A stretch of DNA of 32,753 nt from Verrucomicrobiota bacterium (lineage in GTDB: Bacteria; Verrucomicrobiota; Verrucomicrobiia; Limisphaerales; CANJSG01): the NCBI GenBank assembly GCA_038209745.1, contig JBBQXJ010000054.1, forward strand, positions 1 to 32,753, written 5' to 3'. The position numbers and the translations under genes are program-made. The notes beneath the pieces were generated by a model. It had not been told where the DNA came from. It worked only from the letters and a program-made list of their open reading frames with translations, and did not search any database. Shown piece after piece: positions 26,535 through 32,753 of this stretch (its first letter is position 1; the number at the start of each line of letters is the position of its first letter).

Positions 26535-26618
26535 GCGCGAGTGGCGAAATGGCAGACGCGCCAGACTTAGGATCTGGTTCCGCAAGGAGTGGAGGTTCAA
26601 GTCCTCTCTCGCGCACCA
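26535..26618 (+). tRNA. tRNA-Leu (anticodon TAG) with encoded CCA; its 5' 39 bp form attR
   Basis: Acceptor stem GCGCGAG/CTCGCGC, anticodon arm CCAGA-CTTAGGA-TCTGG, long variable arm, T arm GGAGG-TTCAAGT-CCTCT, ACCA end. Confidence 0.98.
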
Positions 26619-26726
26619 ACCCTTCCAAGAATGGAAACCCCGGGGAAGCAGCACGGGGTCCGATTCCTGGACCCCTTCATCAAATTGTCACTCGGCTTTC
26701 CCGGATTCCACGGCAGTCTTTTTCCC

Positions 26727-28292
26727 GTGAACCCGTCGCCCGTTTCCCGTCGCCGATTCGGCAAGCTCCTCCTTGGTTCGGCTGCCGCAGGGTGGGCGAC
26801 GGGGTGTTGGTCGCCGCCGAATCCGGGGCCGGCTGTCGTGGTCGCGGAGCCGGCGCGACCCAAGATGCCCAGCGGTGTGATGTCCGGCGATGTGACCCTG
26901 GGCGGCGCGGTGCTCTGGAGCCGGTGTGATCGACCGGCGCGCATGATCGTCGAAGCGGCGACGACCGAATCGTTCCGCAACTCCCGGCGCTATCGGGGCC
27001 CGATCGCCGCTCCGGAGCACGACTTCATCGCCAAGTTCCCGCTGCCTGCCCTTCCTCCCGGAGAACGGGTCTTCTACCGGGTGCGGTTCGAGGATCTCTC
27101 CGATCCACGCCTCGTCTCCGAGTCGGTGACGGGCAGCTTCCGCACGGCATCGGTTCAACGCCGCGACGTCCGCTTCGTCTGGTCGGGCGACACCGTGGGC
27201 CAAGGCTGGGGCATCGATGCTTCGCGCGGCGGCATGACGATCTATGAATCGATCCGCCGGATGCAGCCGGACTTTTTCGTCCACAGCGGCGACACGATCT
27301 ACGCGGATGTTCCACTGAAGGCGGAGGTTCCCCTGCCCGACGGCTCCGTCTGGCGCAACCTGGTCACCCCGGCCAAATCGAAGGTCGCCGAGTCGGTCGA
27401 GGAGTTTCGCGGCAATCAACTCTACAACCTCGAGGATACGAACTTCCGCCGGCTCTGCGCCGAGGTGCCGCTCTTCGCCCAATGGGACGACCACGAGGTC
27501 CTGAACAACTGGTATCCGGGCGAGATCCTCGAGAACGCGGCCTACCGCGAAAAGAACGTCAGCGTGCTCGCCGGCCGATCCCGGCAGGCGTTTTTCGACT
27601 GCCTGCCCATCCGCGGCCAAAGCACGGACACGATCTACCGCACCATCGGCCACGGTCCGGAACTGGAGCTCTTCTTCTTGGACATGCGGACCTATCGCGG
27701 GCCCAACTCCACCAATCGCCAGGCCACCCCGGGACCGGAGACCGCCTACCTGGGAGCCAAACAACTGGAGCAGCTCAAGCGCCGGCTCAAGGCCTCCAAG
27801 GCGACGTGGAAAGTAATGTGCAGCGACATGCCGCTCGGACTCATCGTCGGGGACACCGGCGGCACGTTCGAGAACAGCTCGAATGGCAACGGCCCCGCCC
27901 TCGGCCGCGAACTGGAGATCGCGGATCTGCTCCGCTTCATGAAGCGCGAGCGCATCCGGAACGTGGTCTGGATCACCGCGGACGTTCACTACGCCGCGTC
28001 CCATTTCTACAATCCGGACAAGGCGCAGTTTCAGGACTTCGATCCGTTTTGGGAGTTCGTCAGCGGTCCGCTCCACGCCGGCACCTTCGGCCCCAACTCC
28101 CTCGACAACACCTTCGGCCCCGAGGTGCGGTTCACCAGCCTGCCGAAAAACCACCAAGGAGGGATGGGGCCGGCGGCCGGGCTCCAGTTCTTCGGGGTGG
28201 TGGATCTGAACGGAGAGACGAACGAACTCACGGTCAGCCACTACAACGCGGCCGGCGCCAAGCTCTGGTCGATCACGCTGCCGCCGGTGTGA
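26727..28292 (+). CDS. phoD: Alkaline phosphatase D family protein, Tat-exported (possible lipoprotein)
   Basis: SRRRFGK twin-arginine motif, HSGDTIYAD, QWDDHEV.NNW, LDMRTYR and TADVHY motifs; start set at GTG 26727. Confidence 0.94.
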   Translation: MNPSPVSRRRFGKLLLGSAAAGWATGCWSPPNPGPAVVVAEPARPKMPSGVMSGDVTLGGAVLWSRCDRPARMIVEAATTESFRNSRRYRGPIAAPEHDFIAKFPLPALPPGERVFYRVRFEDLSDPRLVSESVTGSFRTASVQRRDVRFVWSGDTVGQGWGIDASRGGMTIYESIRRMQPDFFVHSGDTIYADVPLKAEVPLPDGSVWRNLVTPAKSKVAESVEEFRGNQLYNLEDTNFRRLCAEVPLFAQWDDHEVLNNWYPGEILENAAYREKNVSVLAGRSRQAFFDCLPIRGQSTDTIYRTIGHGPELELFFLDMRTYRGPNSTNRQATPGPETAYLGAKQLEQLKRRLKASKATWKVMCSDMPLGLIVGDTGGTFENSSNGNGPALGRELEIADLLRFMKRERIRNVVWITADVHYAASHFYNPDKAQFQDFDPFWEFVSGPLHAGTFGPNSLDNTFGPEVRFTSLPKNHQGGMGPAAGLQFFGVVDLNGETNELTVSHYNAAGAKLWSITLPPV

Positions 28293-28307
28293 TTCTTGAC
28301 GTTCGAG

Positions 28308-28456
28308 CGAGAAGGAGCGCGGACGGTCACGTCCGCGAGTTGGAAGCCAAGCACGACAGACTTCGCGGTGTCTGCGCTCGCTCCGGCATCGGGAGAAGTT
28401 ACCAGCCTCGTTCTTCCGCTGATCCTCGCGGACGTGACCATCCGCGCTCCTTCTCG
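28308..28456. repeat. 32-bp inverted repeat pair (REP doublet-like) downstream of phoD
   Basis: 28308-28339 matches the reverse complement of 28425-28456 at 31/32; each arm has an internal CGCGGAC...GTCCGCG palindrome. Confidence 0.92.
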
Positions 28457-28619
28457 TCCAGGGCGCCAGCCTGCTTCCCGGGACAGGGCGCATTCATCAT
28501 CGCGCCGGGTGCGGCTTCCTTGAGGTTGGGCGGCACTTCGGCTCGCAGCTCGCCGTGGGCCCATCGCAGGGGCATCGACCACGGTCAGCACGCGGCTGCC
28601 GGAGCCGAAGTCCTCCAGC

Positions 28620-28830
28620 GAAAGCCATTCTTTACCGGCAGCGGACCTCGGCGGCTGCCTGTCCGTGCCGGGCACGAGCCGATTGCCATTGCTGTCGAAG
28701 ACAACCGCGTCGAACTGGGCGGGCTCCGCCTTGGAAAACTTTGGCCCATCCTGGGAGAATGTGAAGGTCCACCCAGTGGTGGCACCGATCGGCTTTAAGA
28801 TCTTCTCCGCGGAGCTGGTTCGACCGTTTG
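28620..28830 (-). pseudogene. Start-less fragment resembling a ThuA-like domain protein
   Basis: Hand translation SAEKILKPIGATTGWTFTFSQDGPKFSKAEPAQFDAVVFDSNG...GTDRQPPRSAAGKEWL recalls ThuA-family N-termini; no start codon upstream in frame. Recognised from memory only. Confidence 0.45.
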
Positions 28831-28876
28831 TTCGAGGCGCCGGCTTCCGTTTTGGTTCCCTGCCGCGAGGCGTCGG

Positions 28877-29812
28877 TCACACGCGCTCCCAGCCTTTTCC
28901 TTCGTAGACCGCCTTGGGAAAGGCCATGGGGAAGAAGATCTCCGCCAGCATCTCGACCGAATCGACCAGCCGCGGCCCGGGCCGATTGAAGTAGGCGTTG
29001 CCGTCCACGATGAAGACCTGACGCGCTTGGACCGCGGCCAAGTTCTTCCAGCCGGGACGATCGGACATCAACGCGATTTCCTTGCGCGTCCGGGCGCGAT
29101 CGAATCCGCAGGGCATCAGGAGCAGCACCTCGGGATTCGCCGCCCGCAGCGGCTCCCAGTCGAGCCACGGAGAATGTTCGCCGGCTTGTCCGAATAGATT
29201 CTGCCCTCCCGCCAGCTCCACCATTTCCGGGATCCAGTTTCCCGCAGCCATGAGCGGCTCCATCCACTCGATGCAGGCCACCGTGGGACGATGGTCCTGC
29301 TGGCAGACACGGAGGAGCACCTCGGCGACGCGCTCCTTCAGCTTGCGGATCGCCTCCCGCCCTTCGTCCGGCAATTGCAGCGCCTGGGCCACCGTCCGGA
29401 GATCGGACCACAGGTCCGTGAAGCGTTTGGGGGACAGCGCGACGACGGAAGGTTCCCACCCGATCTCCCGGGCCAACGCGGCCCGCAGATCCTCCTCCGA
29501 CACGGCGCAGACCTCGCACTGGCCCTGGGTCAGAATCACGCCCGGCTGCAGCCGGCGGAGCAGCGGCACCTCGATCTCATAGAGTGAAAGCCGCTTTGCC
29601 GAAGCCGACTTCACTTGCCGATCGATCTCGGCGCTCGATGCCTCGGGATCCAGGCGGGCGCGGGTGCAGACCGGCAAGGATCGAACCTCCGGCGGGAAAT
29701 CACATTCGTGGGAACGTCCGATCAATCGGCTCCGCATCCCCAACGCGCAGACCATTTCCGTGTTCGACGGAAGGAGAGACACGACTTTCGGCGGCAACGG
29801 GGGCGGCTTCAT
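28877..29812 (-). CDS. Cobalamin/iron-siderophore-binding protein (BtuF-like, no signal peptide)
   Basis: VVSLLPSNTEMVCALG, GRSHECDFP, QCEVCAV, EWMEPLMAAGNWIPE and YFNRPGPRLVDS motifs. Confidence 0.9.
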   Translation of the reverse strand: MKPPPLPPKVVSLLPSNTEMVCALGMRSRLIGRSHECDFPPEVRSLPVCTRARLDPEASSAEIDRQVKSASAKRLSLYEIEVPLLRRLQPGVILTQGQCEVCAVSEEDLRAALAREIGWEPSVVALSPKRFTDLWSDLRTVAQALQLPDEGREAIRKLKERVAEVLLRVCQQDHRPTVACIEWMEPLMAAGNWIPEMVELAGGQNLFGQAGEHSPWLDWEPLRAANPEVLLLMPCGFDRARTRKEIALMSDRPGWKNLAAVQARQVFIVDGNAYFNRPGPRLVDSVEMLAEIFFPMAFPKAVYEGKGWERV

Positions 29813-29891
29813 CGCGTAAGGGCATACGGCCAGACCACGCCGCGAGCAAGAATCCGCTGGTTCCAAGCTGCCGCCCGGTCAAGCCGCCGCC

Positions 29892-30659
29892 TCAAGTCCG
29901 ATCGGGAAAGCTCCCGGTCTGGGGCGGTCTCTCCTCCCCGCTCTGCATCAGATCCACCACGCCGGTATGGGTGATGAACCAAAAGACCAACCCCGCCGTC
30001 GTCATCAAGACCGCCGGTCCGAAAAGCGTCATGGGCCCGAACCGGCCTTCCGCAATCGCGCCCGCCCAGCCACCGACGCCGAACGACAGGACGAGCCCAC
30101 AGAGGAACGCCAGTTTGTAGCTTTGGATCTGCCGATGCCGCACCCAATGGCCGAGCATGACGCCGATGTCCGTCACCGTGCCCGTGACGTGCGTCGTGCG
30201 GATCATCAAGCCGCAATAGCTGCTGCTCATCGCGTTTTGTAGACCGCAGGCCAAGGCGATCAGCGGCAATCCAACACCCCTCGATCCGTCCATCAGGAGA
30301 ATCGACGCCAAGGCGAGCGCCGCTCCCTCCACCACCATGACCACGCCGTAGGCCCGACCCGGAATCAGTTTCCAGGCTCCGACGACGATGCCGGCCAGCA
30401 TCGCGCCCAGCACGAATCCGCAGACGATGCCCACGGAGGACGCCACATCGACCCAGCGTTCCGCGGCGGAATCGATGCTCAGATGCGACACCGTGCCGCT
30501 CATGTGGCTGACCGGACTGTGGAAGACGCCGAGCGCCGCCGAATTGACGAAGCCCGCCACACAGGTCAGCGCCATGGCTCCGGGAACGAGATGGCGGACC
30601 TTCCGAAAAGCTTCCTTCGGACTGATGGGTTGCGGATGGGAATACGGCATCAATGACAT
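29892..30659 (-). CDS. YoaK / DUF1275 family membrane protein
   Basis: AGFVNS...SHMSG and CGLQNAM...IRTTHVTGTVTD motifs; several TM helices. Start 30659 or 30650. Confidence 0.92.
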   Translation of the reverse strand: MSLMPYSHPQPISPKEAFRKVRHLVPGAMALTCVAGFVNSAALGVFHSPVSHMSGTVSHLSIDSAAERWVDVASSVGIVCGFVLGAMLAGIVVGAWKLIPGRAYGVVMVVEGAALALASILLMDGSRGVGLPLIALACGLQNAMSSSYCGLMIRTTHVTGTVTDIGVMLGHWVRHRQIQSYKLAFLCGLVLSFGVGGWAGAIAEGRFGPMTLFGPAVLMTTAGLVFWFITHTGVVDLMQSGEERPPQTGSFPDRT

Positions 30660-31072
30660 CCGATCCGATGTCGCCCTCCAGCATGGGGATGCCGGTCGGC
30701 TCCTGCAAATCGAGATTCGACGCGAGCCTTGCTCAGACCCTCAAAACCCCGACACCGAAGTTCAAACTCGATTTCCAGGCCAAATCGCGATTCCACCGGA
30801 CCCTGCGGATGGCGGCTGCGTTCCCCTCCCCCAGCAAGCTCATCCGGATCGATGCCCTCCGCGCCCTCTGGCCCGTTCCGGTCTCGCAGAAGACCGCGAG
30901 TGAAGAACCCGTGCCGAACGGACGCAACCCATGGGTCAGCGAAACCAAACCCCTGTCGCGCGCGCCTCGGACCGTGGGCCAACACCTCCACTCACGTTCC
31001 GCTCCGCGCCGGTAATACCCCACCCAACAAACCCTGCCGGACCCAGCCTCACCCTTTGACAAACCTCATAGG

Positions 31073-31093
31073 CGCTGCAGCGCATTGTTAGGC
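31073..31093 (-). other. Left half of an attC site (R'' and L''), truncated
   Basis: Minus strand GCCTAAC-AATGCGCTGCAGCG; the inverse core contains the cassette stop codon and is complementary to GTTAGGC at the cassette start. No matching right arm seen. Confidence 0.75.
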
Positions 31094-31477
31094 GCTGGTG
31101 TCATGGAAACTCGGTGGTGGTTGGCTGTTGTTTTCGACGGTCGCCGATTGCGCGATGACCTCCAAGCAACCGTAGTGGTCAAAATAAACTAACATATGGC
31201 GAAGGTCGGGCTGCAAGCGTTCCCTCTCTGTGGCTCGCGACTGTAACTCCCGAATCCAAGAGGAGTCGGGCTCCTCTTGCACCTTGCTGTATGCCCCGAT
31301 CATTGCCTCGGTTACACACGGGTCTGGAGCGAACCGCACCGCGACACACGAATGGAATCGAACACGAGTCCAACTGGCGTCGCTGTAATACCACAGATCC
31401 AGCGAGCCGAGCCGAAAAAGGACGACTGGTGCAGAGTCGCAACCACCAGTGCTATTGGAAAGCTGAATTGGAAGCAT
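31088..31477 (-). CDS. Integron gene-cassette ORF, hypothetical protein (129 aa)
   Basis: ATG lies 13 bp after the GTTAGGC core; TAA stop falls within the inverse core GCCTAAC. Confidence 0.8.
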   Translation of the reverse strand: MLPIQLSNSTGGCDSAPVVLFRLGSLDLWYYSDASWTRVRFHSCVAVRFAPDPCVTEAMIGAYSKVQEEPDSSWIRELQSRATERERLQPDLRHMLVYFDHYGCLEVIAQSATVENNSQPPPSFHDTSA

Positions 31478-31490
31478 GGTGTGCGGAGAC

Positions 31491-31510
31491 GCCTAACATT
31501 GTTATAGAGC
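31491..31510 (-). other. attI-like recombination site
   Basis: Minus strand GCTCTATAACAATGTTAGGC resembles the class 1 attI simple site (GCCCTAAAACAAAGTTRRRY); lies between the divergent intI and the cassette. Confidence 0.75.
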
Positions 31511-31604
31511 CGCGCTGCGCGCGGCTTATCCCGGCCGGTTGCAGCCTAGCTCCTTCTTCTTACTGGTGATTGTCAGCGATTTAGGGCAAAAGGCCAGTGA
31601 AAAG

Positions 31605-31828
31605 ATGCAGCCTAACTCGTTTCCTCCGTCCGATGGGCCTCCGCGTCCGCCCCGAGAGGGGTTGGTGCCCAATCCCAAGCTGCGGTTCATGGACCCGTGC
31701 CGGGAGGTGATGCGGTATCGGCTGCTGGCCAGGCGGACGGAGGAGTCGTATCTCCAATGAATCAGGGGGTTCATTGTTTGGAGCGGCAAACGGCATCCGC
31801 CGGAGATGGGGCGGTGGAGCTCCGGGGG
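31605..31828 (+). pseudogene. intI: Integron integrase N-terminal remnant (nonsense mutation, frameshift, truncation)
   Basis: PNPKLRFMDPCREVMRYRLLARRTEESYLQ*IRGFIVWSGKRHPPEMG then, frame-shifted, AVELRG. This matches the IntI SAM-like N-terminus, with the conserved Trp codon as TGA (31758-31760). Confidence 0.85.
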
Positions 31829-31842
31829 AGGTGTCCCGGAAA

Positions 31843-32152
31843 GGTAGGGCGACGGCTCCGGCCGAGCCGCCTGGCGGCGAACTCCTTTCTTGAATGCGAT
31901 TCTGGCAACTCCGGAGCGTCCCGCTGTCGCCAGAGCGGCGGTCCCGACGGCAGAAGGCGCAACGGCGGCTTGGCGGGAGCCAGCGCCCGACCATCGGCTT
32001 GGCTTCGCCGTCGCCGCGACGATCATTCTCGTGAGGTCGGATGAATGAAAGACGGGCGGCGGTGGCGTTTTTGGAGCATTCCGGAGTGGCCAGAGGAGCG
32101 GTTCCGTCGGCAGCGGATCAAACTGCGGCTTGGCCGGAGCCGTCGCCCGACC
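31843..32152. repeat. Cluster of three 28-bp GTAG-type REP units
   Basis: GGTAGGGCGACGGCTCCGGCCGAGCCGC at 31843-31870; inverted copies at 31965-31992 and 32125-32152 (the latter 26/28). Confidence 0.88.
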
Positions 32153-32156
32153 TTTT

Positions 32157-32555
32157 GCTCCGGTTAAAGCGAACAACGCCCCGGTTAAAGCGAACAATGC
32201 CTCGGTTAAAGCGAACAACGCCCCGGTTAAAGCGAACAACGCCCCAGTTAAAGCGAACAACGCCCCAGTTAAAGCGAACAATGCCCCGGTTAAAGCGAAC
32301 ATTGCTCCGGTTAAAGCGAACAACGCTCCAGTTAAAGCGAACAACGCCCCGGTTAAAGCGAACAACGCTCCGGTTAAAGTGAACAATGCCCCGGTTAAAG
32401 TGAACAATGCTCCAGTTAAAGTGAACAATGCTCCAGTTAAAGTGAACAATGCTCCAGTTAAAGCGAACAACGCTCCAGTTAAAGCGAACAACGCTACAGT
32501 TAAAGCGAACAACGCTCCAATTAAAGCGAACAACGCCCCGGTTAAAGCAAACAAG
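32157..32555. repeat. 21-bp tandem repeat x19 (GCYCCRGTTAAAGYGAACAAY)
   Basis: Directly visible, head-to-tail with no spacers; coding status unknown. Confidence 0.97.
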
Positions 32556-32753
32556 GCTCCGTTTCATGCGATGACTGGAGCAATTCACGCGGCGTTTCTT
32601 GCCGGGTGGGCTAAATTTGCCGGGGAGTTTGTGACCGGCTGCACAACCGATGTGCTTATCATCAGCGAGTTACGGTGGTGGCACGCTTCAAGTAGTGGTG
32701 GGGGGCAATAGCCCGTGCGTCGTTCTCTGATGGAGTTGTTCTTGGTCGGGGAG

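Larger units (their letters stand above)
15330..26573. mobile_element. Integrative element / phage-satellite-like island at tRNA-Leu (11,205 bp between repeats)
   Basis: Direct repeats at both ends, intact tyrosine integrase next to attR, matching 20-bp arm-type sites inside both ends, Xis-like and HUH Rep genes, accessory cargo. Confidence 0.93.

Noticed and set aside
15330..26573. Complete prophage or conjugative ICE
   Set aside because: No recognisable capsid, portal, large terminase, tail, lysis, T4SS or coupling-protein genes.
15330..26618. Intron-split tRNA-Leu or a second tRNA gene
   Set aside because: The downstream copy is complete and the upstream copy lacks a 3' half; the duplicated 5' half fits an att site.
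30660..31070. Short ORFs between yoaK and the cassette
   Set aside because: No recognisable motifs or consistent coding signal; left uncalled.
31758..31760. TGA recoded as Trp or Sec in intI
   Set aside because: TGA is a normal stop in many genes here, and a frameshift and truncation follow, so a pseudogene is the simpler reading.
32157..32555. CRISPR array
   Set aside because: Units are contiguous with no unique spacers, and there are no cas genes in the window.

Overview
GC-rich bacterial chromosome segment; gene content and repeat style suggest Verrucomicrobiota (inference). The left part (1-14.9 kb) is mostly housekeeping. It holds a fliJ / MotE-like / probable fliK unit (the last with a long Thr-rich 15-bp tandem repeat), a BaiN/HI0933 flavoprotein, lpxB, an ATP-dependent DNA ligase with degenerate catalytic motifs plus its MBL exonuclease partner, accD, comF, an atypical Ser/Thr kinase and a MacAB-type ABC exporter. 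The centre (15330-26573) is an 11.2-kb tyrosine-integrase element inserted at the anticodon loop of tRNA-Leu(TAG). Unusually, it lies UPSTREAM of the intact tRNA and supplies the tRNA's 5' half, and it sits beside the stub of an older related element. Its backbone looks like a satellite: Xis/AlpA-like HTH, small ORF, HUH rolling-circle Rep, palindrome-rich gap and a TerS-like HTH protein. Its cargo looks defensive: a membrane-anchored Mrr nuclease, a coupled four-gene operon (TM/coiled-coil, unknown, SF1 helicase-nuclease, lone receiver domain) and a PIN toxin-antitoxin pair. The right part holds phoD, a ThuA-like fragment, a BtuF-like protein, YoaK, a decayed integron (intI pseudogene, attI, one cassette) and a 19x21-bp tandem repeat. 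GTAG-type REP doublets occur between genes and also inside the lpxB and BaiN reading frames. All calls come from reading motifs by eye; no searches were run.
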